The notes beneath the pieces were generated by a model, which saw nothing but the letters and a program-made list of their open reading frames with translations, had not been told where the DNA came from and made no database searches. Below are positions 38,200 to 49,700 of a stretch of DNA of 64,000 nt, one piece after another. A program made the position numbers and the translations under genes. Every line of letters starts with the position of its first letter. The first letter of the stretch is position 1. The stretch lies in contig JBEWZL010000282.1 of the NCBI GenBank assembly GCA_045837725.1, positions 434,001 through 498,000 on the forward strand, given 5' to 3'. The DNA is from Vermamoeba vermiformis (taxonomy: Eukaryota).

Positions 38200-39311
38200 A
38201 TGGTTAAGATCGCTATTATTGGTGGAGGAAACGTTGGTTCTACTCTCGGCAAAGTTTTCGCGACTAAAGCAGGCCACACCGTGATCTACGCTTCTCGCGA
38301 TCCTACAGCTGAGAAAGTGAAGCAAGTCGTTGCTGCTACTCCTAACAGTTCGGCTGAAACTATCGAAAAAGCTGTAAAGGAAGCTGATGTAAGTAACCTG
38401 ATCAAACGAAAAATCTTTTTTGCAATTTCAGCCGGCTAAATACGATCCAAATTGACAAATCATAGGCAATATATATCTGGCTAAATTGGCGATCATGATT
38501 AATCCTGATTCATCAAAATATATTTTAATTCCTAAAATGTAATTTTGCCGGATGTACCTGCTAACTCGGTTGTTCTCAATTAGGTTCTCGTTCTGACCAT
38601 CCCTTGGGAAGGTGTCGAAGAAACTGCTAAGAAATTAGTTGAAATCGGCATTGGCAACAAGATTTTGATCGATGCTACCAACCCGATCGGTCCTGGCATT
38701 ACTCCCGCCTTGCCCAACACTACTAGCGGCGGTAAGTATACTACTAATATACAATAGTAATTATATTTGAGCTAATCATTGATTTTTCTGCATTAGCTGA
38801 GGAATTAGCAAAGTGGCTTGAAAGGTAAAGTCTGAATCTGCTCAATTAGCATGATCGTCAATTAAATATGGATCGATACTAATTATACTAATTATATATA
38901 GGCACTGGTCGCGTGGTTAAGGCTTTTAACTCGTTCAACTACGGATTTATGGCTGATCCTAATGTTAATGGCGTTAAAACTGATTTGCTTATTGCTGGAG
39001 ACGATGCTGAAGGTACTCATAATACTAACAATACTATATATGACTCGATGACTAACATTTACTCCTCTAGCCAAACAATTTGTCATAGATTTGGGCAAGA
39101 AAACTGGATTTGAATCCGTTGATGTGTAAGTAGTGACTAAAAATGACCTATTAATATTAAATATGAATGTATATGCTAATGACGAATTATTAGTGGTAAA
39201 TTGACTCAAGCGCGTCACACTGAAAATATTGCATTGTTTTTCGTTCAAAACTCGTTCATGGGTGTTCAATGGGGTCCTAAATGGATCGTCAAGATTCATC
39301 GTCGCGATTAA
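38200..39311 (+). CDS. NADP oxidoreductase, F420-dependent NADP reductase-like (COG2085) dinucleotide-binding protein
   Basis: MVKIAIIGGGNVGSTLG, ADVLVLTIPW, KILIDATNP, VVKAFNS, LIAGDD, GFESVD. Confidence 0.85.
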
Positions 39312-39615
39312 ATGGATCCATATTAAACTGTCCGTATAATCACCACAATAAATCAATCTAATTTGTACTTGCTGATCCAACTTGATTTTAATTCAATTAA
39401 TCTTAAAACTCAGATTAACCGTGGTGTATGATATAATATCATAGATGTAGTTATATAAGGCCTGAGGACTTTATTACTTTAAGTACTAGTACTTTTCCGA
39501 AAGAATTTCTCGCATAAAATTTAAGCGGGTCAAAAAAGGATCGCGCTACGGCGTGCAACGGTTCAACAAAGTAGCAAAGAGTGCACCATAAGAGATCTAT
39601 TGTGTATTTATAATA

Positions 39616-42484
39616 ATGAGATCTTTTATCGCTGTTGTAGCCGTGCTGCTGGCGGTTTGCTGTTTCAATTCCGCGGAGGCTTTCAAAAGAAATACCGTAG
39701 CAAATCTGAAACTTGAAGATACTGGTAATTATCCTTAAATCACGAATATTATAGTAGTTTATAAATAATTAGATTAAGTGCACTTAGATATTATGAATGT
39801 TTCAAAGACATTTCTCGATCGTTGATAAAATGTCAATTATAATATTAAAAATTATTAGTTTACGCTTTTTACGAGCAAATTTAATTAATCGGATAATTAA
39901 CAAATTGATCAGATTCATTTTCAATAATATTCATCGTGTTTTCTGGATCTAGTCCGAAATCTGATCTTAGTTGACTAATGACCGTTTAATATAGCCACTC
40001 TATCAACATGCACTGAATGCATGCTCATTGCAGACCCTATTTTGTTCTTGCTCGAACAGAATCAAACTGCTCCTATGATCGAGCAAGGCATTGAGAAGTT
40101 CTGCGGTCTTTTGCCCTCTTTTATGCAAACCAAGGTAAATTTTCATACGGGTGTATATTTAGTATATGTGTAACACGCATAGTTAGCGTTTAATTTGTTT
40201 TCAGAAGATCCGATACTTATTTTTTTCTGAAGTGCTTCCAACTCGCCAAGGATGTAGTTATCTTCCTTCCTAAGCTTCTTTATTGGGATAAGTTTGAAGA
40301 TTACGATGCTAAGGCTATTTGCACCATGTTTAACCTCTGCGACTCACCGGTACGTAAGATCCGATCCGTTACACGGACTTCAATAACCTTAATTATCTTT
40401 CTTATTGCGCACTACGCATCATATACAATGTTATTAACATATTTATGCTGCTTAGTGCTGTGTAAGCAAAGCTCCTGAGCAGATCCACATTGCCGTCACC
40501 GGCGACGCAACTCAAATGGTTGTTACTTGGTGCGTACGAATACAATACGCATCCTCTTTATATTGTACTCATATTATATATTAATATAGGGTCTCATCTG
40601 AGAATGTAGATGCTACAGTCCAATTCGGCGTGAGCAGCACTAGCTTGACCAAGAGCGTTCAGGCCAATACTCACGTACGTTAGTTACAATATTTTAGCGC
40701 ATTTATAATGATTTGGGCAGTAAAGTAACTTATTAATGTTAATTATAATAGACTTACAAGAACGGAGGCTGGCGCGGGTACATCCACGACGCTATTTTGA
40801 ATGATTTGCAGCCATTTACGACGTATTATTATCGCGTTGGTGGCAGCAATTACGGTACGATATTAATACCATCACGGTAGTCCGATATTTATTAATTTTA
40901 CTGCTATTTTTTTAGGCTGGAGTCAGATCTACTCGTTCCAAACGTTCACTAATGATTTCAACTCGTATGCCAATCTTGAACACTCGTTCTTGTTGATTGG
41001 TGACATGGGTGCTGATCCTGAGGCCCCTGACACCATTGCGCGATTGAAGACTATTGGTACGATCCCGTTATTATTCACCAAGAAATTCCTCGAATTAATT
41101 TACTGTTTTTACAGCCACGTCTCACACTGCTAACTTATTGATCCACAACGGCGATATTTCTTACGCGTAAGAAGTGACTTTTACACGAGACCACTAGTCA
41201 CATTTGTTAACGACAATTTTAGCGATGGAATTCAAAGCCGAATGGATCTGTTCATGCGCAACATGCAAGATGTCACCGCTAACTTGCCTTATATGGTAAG
41301 AGTACTCAATGAGTAATTCTAAGAATAAAATATTAACCAAAAGTCCGTAGGTCACCCCGGGCAATCACGAAGTCGGCATTACGACCATATTCAACGACTC
41401 GACCTTTGAGCACAGATTTTTGATGCCGCTTGACGAGAACAAAGCCACGCTGTTCAGCAAACGTGCGTTGATGCCGTTCAGAAACACGAGATTTGAGAAA
41501 CATTACGGCGTGTCCACTGCTGAGTCGGGCGAGTTGTTTTCAAACTTCTTTTACAGCTTTGACTACGGCTTGTTCCACTTTATTGGCATGGACACTGAGA
41601 GCGAGTTCGACATTCCTCTCGTCACCGCGTAAGCAATGATGCATTTATTGCCTAATTAGGAAATAATTTTTAACGTCCATTTTTCTTCCTGTAGCAAGCA
41701 ACGCGCGTGGTTGATTAACGACTTGATCAAGGCCAATCAAAACAGACAACAACACCCGTGGATTGTCGTGTACGGTCATCGTCCTTTGTACTGCTCGAAC
41801 CCTGGTACGTCCCACTGATATTACAATGACACGTGTCAAACTCTATCACGAGTTGCAAAAATCATCAGTGACACGTGTCAAAAAGTTTCAATATCTATGG
41901 CCGTTGGCACTTTTCATGCGGTTCGAATTAGACACGTGAAAAATACTTTGGTGACACGTGTCAAAGTATTAACCTAAGTGTCGCCGTAGGTCTGGACTGC
42001 ACTGACTTCGGCGAGTACTTGCGCTTGGAGCTCGAAGACATCTTCAACAAGTACCAGGTCGACATGGTTTTCGCTGGTCACAAGCACAGCTACGAACGAT
42101 TTTATCAAGTGCGCAACAACCAGTTCATTTCCAACAACTACAATCAACCGACGTAAGTCACGTGCTCGTGTGACACTTGCCAAATATAGTAACGATATTA
42201 ATATGACTTTAATATAGCACTCCTGTCTACATTACCAACGGTGCTGGTGGCAACAGAGAGAACTTCCAGCCGTTCATTGAAAACTATCCTCCGTTCTCTG
42301 CCGTTAGATTAAGAGAGTGGGGTAAGTATAGTTATAAGTCTTATATTAAATAAGTATCTAATATAACATGTTTTCAGGCTACAACTGGTGCTCGGCCTCG
42401 AACAGCACTGTGTTGCAATGCAACTTTTTCCGTTCTTCAGACAACGCTATGCACGATAGCATCACTATTGTTAAGAACCATTAA
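39616..42484 (+). CDS. Secreted purple acid phosphatase (ACP7-like) with an N-terminal saposin-B-like domain
   Basis: Signal peptide; saposin Cys pattern CTEC...FCGLLP..|C...AICTMFNLC; PEQIHIA; metallophosphoesterase motifs GDMG, GDISY, GNHE, GHRP, GHKHSYER. Confidence 0.88.
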
Positions 42485-42582
42485 GGTTATAGTTGTTAAT
42501 TATATTAAAGAATAGGTTTGCTATTAGAGCTCTCATCAACGTGTGTCAGATCCGATCCAAAAAAACAATTCTTCAACTTTTA

Positions 42583-44439
42583 TTAGCATCGAGAGAAAAA
42601 TTCTTCGGCGTCATAAGGCACGAGGAACGGGAAATTTTGAATTCTAACGTCAGGGAACGCGTTCTTGAGTAAGTACTTCATGCCAGTCGCTGACTTGATC
42701 CAACGAATTTCGTTCCTAGAAAACATGCCAATTTCATCATTTTCGTACCAGAATCGATCAGCATTGCGAGAACGCTTGAACTGATCGGCTATTATCTCGG
42801 CAGTAGTCGGACCAACTGCCCCGATGTACTTGTCCTCTGCCAACAGCCCTACGTACGCGTCAACTTTTTCCACGAACTGATAGACATCGCGCAGCTTGGA
42901 GGCTAGAGTGGAGTTGGAGGTGATGAGCGAGAAGCAGGCCAAAGTGTCTGGCTCAGTGGCGTTGAGATCACGACGGGAGCAGTGAGGATGCGCGGTGATG
43001 TCTTTGACGCCGAATGTTCTGTAAGCAGCACGAACTCGGACATAAGGCGCCAAGCCGTTCAATCTGCCGCGCATAATGTTGACTGCAATCACGTCGAATG
43101 GCACGCGAATAATGTTGCGCATGGAGTCGTCGAACAAAATGTCAACTTCATTCGACTTTTCAAACGAGAGGCCGTGCACGACGTACGCAGGATTTTCAAC
43201 CCAAGCCATGAGATCGACACCACTCGTCGTACCACCGTTTTGTCCAGCTGCACTGCGTTGATTGCGGAATGGTTGGTCTGGATAAGGTGCATTGTTGCAT
43301 CGGTCTTTGAAGGGCAGAATGTTGATCAGCGCACTGTGGCCGAATCTAAATGCAGCAGTGGAGAACAACACATTGGTGGTCGGATCTTCGTCTTCATTGT
43401 AGCCGCGGTACGGACCAATACGACGATAGTGCACGCCAAGCACGGTGGGCAAGTACTCATCGTAGACCACGTGCTGGTAGATTGCTGTGATCCACGCACG
43501 CGCTGTTTGGAAGATCTGCTCGTCGGACCAGTGCGGATATTGTGCACGCAGCTCGGCGGCTTTGAGATTGTGGTTGCGCAAGAACATGCCGTGAATGGTG
43601 ATCAGACCCAAGTTCTCGTTCACGCGTGGATCACCAGCAGAAAAACACTCGTTGTCAGGCTGATTGAGATCGACTACTCTGCTAGTGTTGACGCCAGTGT
43701 CAGACACGAGTGGCAGCCAGTTGAGGAAGGTGGATGTGAGCACTGGTTGACCGGTGATAGTCGTGTTTACTGCGATGTAGTCGCGGGTCTTGAGCTTGCC
43801 ATCAGCGAATGTACGAAGGGCATCAGAGTGTTCTTTGCTGAGGCCGTAGACTTGACTCAGATCCAGGTAAGAAGTAGCGTCGTTGGTCACTTGAAAAACG
43901 CCATTGACGACTTGGCCTAATGTTCTGAGCGTGCGGATGCGATATTTGCGCGAAGGTACTGGCACTGTTGGAGGCAAAGGATCGTTGGGCTCAATGATTG
44001 GAATAATTACGGCATCCGTGTCTGAATCTGGCAAAGAAAAAACGGCATCCGACGTTTCATTACGTTTGTTGATGCCCATATCGTGGGCAATCCATTGGCC
44101 GAAGTAAGTCCACAAAAGGCTGAGTCCAATGTGGTTTTGACCTACAGTTGTAGTTCCACCATTCATGAGTGCATTTGACAGGACACGTTCGTTAGGCAGT
44201 TGGGGACTGCGGATCGGAGTGACGCCATCAGATTCATAATGATAGCCTTCGGGACCTCGGCGAAACAATGAATCAACTTGTCCTAGTGTTGGATTCGCGA
44301 GGTTGTTGCATGATCCATCAAAAGAGCGCCAAATTGAGGTGCAAGCCGGATCTTCATTAATTGATAGCACCAAAACAGCATTAATTAACAAAATAATAGC
44401 ACATAGGCCGATTTTATTCAGCCTTAAAAGCGACAACAT
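42583..44439 (-). CDS. Secreted heme peroxidase (peroxidase-cyclooxygenase superfamily), intronless
   Basis: RSFDGSCNNL, GQWIAHD (distal His), AGDPRVNEN, AAFRFGHS (proximal His), IMRGR, DRFWYEN; hydrophobic signal peptide. ATG at 44439. Confidence 0.93.
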   Translation of the reverse strand: MLSLLRLNKIGLCAIILLINAVLVLSINEDPACTSIWRSFDGSCNNLANPTLGQVDSLFRRGPEGYHYESDGVTPIRSPQLPNERVLSNALMNGGTTTVGQNHIGLSLLWTYFGQWIAHDMGINKRNETSDAVFSLPDSDTDAVIIPIIEPNDPLPPTVPVPSRKYRIRTLRTLGQVVNGVFQVTNDATSYLDLSQVYGLSKEHSDALRTFADGKLKTRDYIAVNTTITGQPVLTSTFLNWLPLVSDTGVNTSRVVDLNQPDNECFSAGDPRVNENLGLITIHGMFLRNHNLKAAELRAQYPHWSDEQIFQTARAWITAIYQHVVYDEYLPTVLGVHYRRIGPYRGYNEDEDPTTNVLFSTAAFRFGHSALINILPFKDRCNNAPYPDQPFRNQRSAAGQNGGTTSGVDLMAWVENPAYVVHGLSFEKSNEVDILFDDSMRNIIRVPFDVIAVNIMRGRLNGLAPYVRVRAAYRTFGVKDITAHPHCSRRDLNATEPDTLACFSLITSNSTLASKLRDVYQFVEKVDAYVGLLAEDKYIGAVGPTTAEIIADQFKRSRNADRFWYENDEIGMFSRNEIRWIKSATGMKYLLKNAFPDVRIQNFPFLVPYDAEEFFSRC

Positions 44440-44770
44440 TGTAAGTGCTTGTCGATCCAAATGGATTTGATGAAAGAATTGGGTGGCGTTGCAAAAACCC
44501 TTTTATTTGTTTCTAACCACAAGATTTTGTTTGTGGGACAGCGGAATAACTGTTGTACCGTTCACTGAATTAGAGGTTGTTTAGTGCTGTCAGATCTTGA
44601 TAGCACACAACCGAAGAAGAGTATACTTTAAGCACACAATTGTTGCCATATTACCGTACCAACGGCATAATTCAGCAGAACGTAAAGTATTGCAAGTATT
44701 TTGACGCCTGTCACAGATCCGTCAAAAAACTAAACTTGAATTTAAACATGCCCACCCAAAACCCACATTT

Positions 44771-45032
44771 ATTTCATTTGTTTGTTTAAAGGACGACCTT
44801 ACTCGGATGCGTATCATTGACACTTCTCGTTTGAAAAGGTCAAAGCAAACGCAACGCATTCTCGTTGTTTTCACCCAGAGCTGGAACGCATTGTTGGATA
44901 CAAGTAAAGGTCGCTGCACTCTGAGTGAGCTGAATACGTTGCACGCACCTGATTGGGTGAATGGAATCGAGTGCTAATTACTCTTTTATTGCTTAAATAC
45001 GGGATTTTTCTTGTGGGACGAAATTGCACGTT
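44771..45032. repeat. Copy 1 of a ~260-bp duplicated non-coding element with strong base-pairing potential
   Basis: Near-identical to 46446-46703 by direct reading. Confidence 0.9.
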
Positions 45033-45143
45033 GTTTCGCGGGCACCGAAAAAATTAAGAATGAACCGTCAATTATGGACATTGGCTGCCTATCATTATTG
45101 CCTTATCTTTGATAACATAAATAGAGGCTTGGGCGTGTAAAGA

Positions 45144-46254
45144 ATGGATTATTTTGATTTTTACAGTTTATTGCCCGAACTTCAAATTCAAGTCATCAAA
45201 TGCCTCGATATTCAAACTTTAGGACGATTTATACAAACACATCGACATGCTGAAAACGGCGTTCCTAAAATTGCATGGAAAAGAAGAATAAACGAGCTTG
45301 ATCCCACGATCTGGTCTCAGTTATCGAAATGGACGCGGAAAGGCGATTTAAAATTATTATGTGCTATTGTGCGCGATGGATCAGTACGTAGCATCCGAAG
45401 TAATTTCAAAAAAATTATTTTATTTTATTAGAGTTGGTGTGGCTGTCCTGTTGGCTCGGATAGACTAGACAAAAATAACTTCCCTCTAAAGCTACTCGAT
45501 TTTTTGCTTTATTTACAAAAGATATTCCCGTCTGTGCCAGCTCAAAACGCATTTTTGTGCTATTTATTGACCTACGCTAAGCACGGTTCGGTTTCCCCTC
45601 TTCGCTTTAACAAGAAGTAAGCTATTAAATATATATTAACAATATATATTAATGAGGTATTAGTATTGGCATGAAGTACGGCGATGTCTTCATAACGCAC
45701 CGAAGAATTCTTGGCTGGCTTAGATCCAATGCCCCGTTTATAAAAACTGGCATTTTATTTCGGTAAGCAAGTATTAAATATACAAAAGCAATCTAATTAT
45801 AGTATTAAGAGTCTTTTTGCATCAATTTGCTCGCGTTACTTATTGCTGGAGTGTCAAATGGAAAATGGATCCGCTGTTCATCAACAACCGAGAGGCCTTT
45901 TCAAATGACTATATTAAATTATACGACCAAGACTCAAAGTTGATCGAGTTTCATCCAGTCATGAGACACCGAATGACTAATCACAGAAGAAACAATTTGA
46001 GAATCAAAAGTGGTACACTTAAAATCGATAATGCCAAAACAAAGTTCTATTCAATCGAACAAATCCGAAAAAACAAATTCAAAATTGTATTGGACGGACA
46101 AGAACTCTCGCCGTATGATTTGTATTATTTCTTCGATAATTTGTACACGTACAAGAAGTACGATCTGTGTCAGCGGCAGACGCACGTACCTCCTGTTATT
46201 TACAAGTGGCTTATGGCCAAGCAAGATAGATCACACGACTCTTTTTGGCCTTAA
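45144..46254 (+). CDS. F-box-like protein, paralog A of a tandem pair
   Basis: FYSLLPELQIQVIKCLDIQTLGRF (F-box-like); 4 exons; homologous to the gene at 46790. Confidence 0.7.
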
Positions 46255-46445
46255 AATAAACGCCTTTTGCTCGTTCGTTTGACATCCGAGTTCGTCCAAC
46301 AGACTTTAAAGTGCAAAATTACAACTAATTGTTAATTGAGAATTAATTTTACAACCTCTAAACAGTTAAATATTGAAAATATTTGACTCCTGTCGCATCC
46401 GTCAATTTTTGTGAATTAACAGCCCCACCCCATACCCGTAGATTC

Positions 46446-46703
46446 ATTTCATTTGTTTTTTAAAGGACGACCTTACTCGGATGCGTATCATTGACACTTC
46501 TCGTTTGAGAAGGTCAAAGTAAACGCAACGCATTCTCGTTGTTTTCACTCAGAGCTGGAACGCATTGTTGGTACAAGTAAAGGTCGCTGCACTCTGAGTG
46601 AGTGAATACGTTGCACGCACCTGATTGGGTGACTTGAATCGAGTGCTAATTGCTCTTTTATTGCTGGATTCGCAGATTTTTCTTGTGGGACGAAATTGCA
46701 CGT
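46446..46703. repeat. Copy 2 of the ~260-bp duplicated non-coding element
   Basis: Near-identical to 44771-45032. Confidence 0.9.
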
Positions 46704-46789
46704 TAGCAAAAAGGTAAGAAAAATCGGAACGGCCACAAAAAATGCATATTTTATTCATCTTTCGTATATATCCAATAGTACTATTCAAT

Positions 46790-49700
46790 ATGACGAGCAC
46801 AAATACTGCAGATTATTTCGATTTTGACAACTTGGTGCCTGAACTTCGAATAGAAGTCATTAAGTATCTTGATATTCAAACTTTAGGACGGTTCATACAA
46901 ACAAATCGAAGTGCTGCCGGTCATATTTCAAAAGACGATTGGAAAAGAAAAATACACGAGCTAGATCCGACGATCTGGCCTAAATTATCGAAAAGAACGC
47001 GAAAAGGCGATCCAAAATTATTGTGTGCTATTGTACGCGAGGGTTTGGTAAGCTTTTATCGATTTAAATCATTTCCGAGGTAGTACTAACTCAGAGAGAA
47101 GACCTGGTGCAATTGCCATTCCAATTTATACACTCAACGAAGCTTCCCTCTAAAGTGGCTAGATTATCTGTTGAATTTACAGAAGACTTTTCCGTCTGTT
47201 CCTGCACAAAACGCATTTTTGTGCTTTTTGTTAACCTACGCGAAACATGGCTCGGGTCATTTTGGTCGTTTAAATAAGAAGTAGGCAAATATCGCTTCAT
47301 ATATCGCTTACGCATCCTATTAACCTTAATTACTAGTATTGGCATGAAATGTGGCGATGTTTTTTTGAGTCACCGGAGAATTCTTGAGTTTTTGCGTTCA
47401 AATCGACCTTTCAGAAAAACTTCCTTCCTTGATAGGTAAGTTATAATACACTAGATAACGCCTAGCTAATTTTGATCCGAAGAATGTTTTTACATCAGTT
47501 TGCTCGCGTCACTTATTGCTGGAGCGTCAAGTGGAAAATGGATCCGCTGTTCATCAACAACCGAGAGGCCTTTTCAAGTGACTATATTAAACTATACGAC
47601 CAGGACTCAAAGTTGATCGAGTTTCATCCAGTCATGAGACACCGAGTAACGAAGTACTACGGAAGAAGAAACAATTTAATAAGAAATATTGGACCACTTA
47701 AAATCGATAATGCCAAAACGAAGTTCTATTCAATCGAACAAATCAGAAAAAACAAATTCAAAATTATATTGGACGGTGCTGAATTCACCAGAGGAAAAAA
47801 ATCAGGGCGTTTTGCAAGCGTTGTTTTGACCAACACTTCTTGCACGCGCTATTTTCCCTTTGATTTACAACGCCTGGCGTTACGAAAAAAATAAAAACGG
47901 TTAACTTTAAAACAACGCCGTTATTTATTGTACCACAACGCTACTAAGCTCCGTTCCGTTCCGTCGTTCCGTTCTGTTCCTTCCGTCGGCCACGCGACTA
48001 TTTTTTCTGCAGAAGAAAATGTAAAGTTAGTACTCAATCCGGTAAATTTTTTTTTGCACTTACCGCCGGGCGACCACGCTTTGACGTTTCTTTTTTGTGA
48101 GTCACCTCCTGAAGAAGAAAATATAAGAAAACTGTATTACTTACTCTTTCGTTTTTTGCTTGCCTTCGTGGTCTTCTTGTTCGTTTTGGTGCCTCTCGAA
48201 TACTAGAGGCTTGAATCGCGCTGTGTAATTGGTCAGTGCATGATTGCCAGGAAGCTGTGAATATTGCACGTCTTCAATCGTGCAAAGTGATTTTTGTCCT
48301 TTTTCACAGAGCTTTTTGCATCGACGCCATGCCTAACAAAAAATAACAGAACTGAGTGATTACTGCTAAAGGAATTCTCTTGAACAAAGAAATACCGAAA
48401 CCTTGGCTTTGCCAGCTTCATTTGGAGTGCTCTCGAGGAAGAATCCAATCAAGAGATCTTTGCCTTCTTCAGTCTTGAAATAGTCGCCGATGCATGAGCG
48501 TTGGTTGTGGACCCCAGGAAGTTCCAAGCAGCATCAAGAGACTCAATTTGAGTGCCTCGTATTATGAGCCTAAAGAGAAAGAGAGAAAAAGAAAGAGACG
48601 GATTCGCTACGTGCCGCGAGACGTTTTTAATCCTGTCATCATCGAAATGAAATTGCCTTTGCCATCCGTTATTTTCCATGATTGAGATCCAGACTGTTCA
48701 CCAACACCCGATCAAGAAGATAGAGCTCTTCATATCGCTTCAAAGAAAAGAAATCCTGAGCTACCCAATCGTCATCCTCGCTGGAATTGCCGCCGCTTCT
48801 TTGCGGATTTTCTGAGCTCAAAAGGCAAAGCAAAAGAACCGTAAACACTAATCTGCAATTCTGAGTAAGGGAACAAAACGAACAAACCCCCAGCGTATTC
48901 TATTTTTAAAAAAAAAAAACCAATAAAAAAAAAAAAAAATCGCCGACTACAAAAAAAAGTATGCCACCTTTAACAAAAGCCAGGCACAGAAGCCGTCACG
49001 AGAGAGCGCATCCGCGGCGAACCAGACAGCATTGAAAATTTCTTTAGGGGAGGTCCTCACCTGAAGATCAACCAGTCACGGACAGATGGCGAAAGAAGGA
49101 ACAGGCAATCTACGAGCGTCATCTCACGCGGGAATAGCGACACTCGGAGGAAAGCCGCGTAACGGACGAACAGTTTTACAAGGAAGAAATAATTCGTATA
49201 TTAACATGGTTATAGAATAATAATGAGGATTGTTATGGTATACTCACCCAAGTCAACGAGATCGAGGTGTCAATCGCCACACAAACATTAGCAGGAACGT
49301 CAAAAGAATCGAGATTGGTCAAGCTCCTCGTCATTACACCACTAAGAGAAGTGAACGCCATTCCAAATTTGAAAAAAAGAACCTTTCAGGAGTTGAAACA
49401 ATCCACGCGGATCTACGCATTCGATGAACAACCTATTCAACAAGTATTAACCAAGTTAAAGGATTACAAAAATAAGGAATACGTATATATAGTATAATTA
49501 GAAGGAAAGAATCCGAAACATTGTTTGTTGATCGGATTTAGTTGATTTAAAAAATAAATTTTATTAGAAACAATTATTTACAACGAAATATACAATAAAA
49601 GTGGTAATATATGCGTAAATATATTATATTTACCATTTAATTAATTGTTGATATCGTCAGTTGTTTGCACGCGAAAACGAATAACTTGAATCTGCTATAA

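Noticed and set aside
41827-41963. Spaced repeats resembling a mini CRISPR array
   Set aside because: The repeats are only 12 bp with irregular spacing, lie inside a spliceosomal intron, and have no cas genes nearby.
44925-44975. TPP riboswitch-like words (CTGAG...ACCTGAT)
   Set aside because: The P1/P4/P5 pairing and the 3' GCG..GGA motif do not fit, and no thiamine gene is adjacent.
44791-44997. U3 snoRNA: the element starts with ACGACCTTACT, like plant U3, and is ~205 nt long
   Set aside because: Box A (GGATC..TTCTATAG) and box C (TGATGA) are absent.
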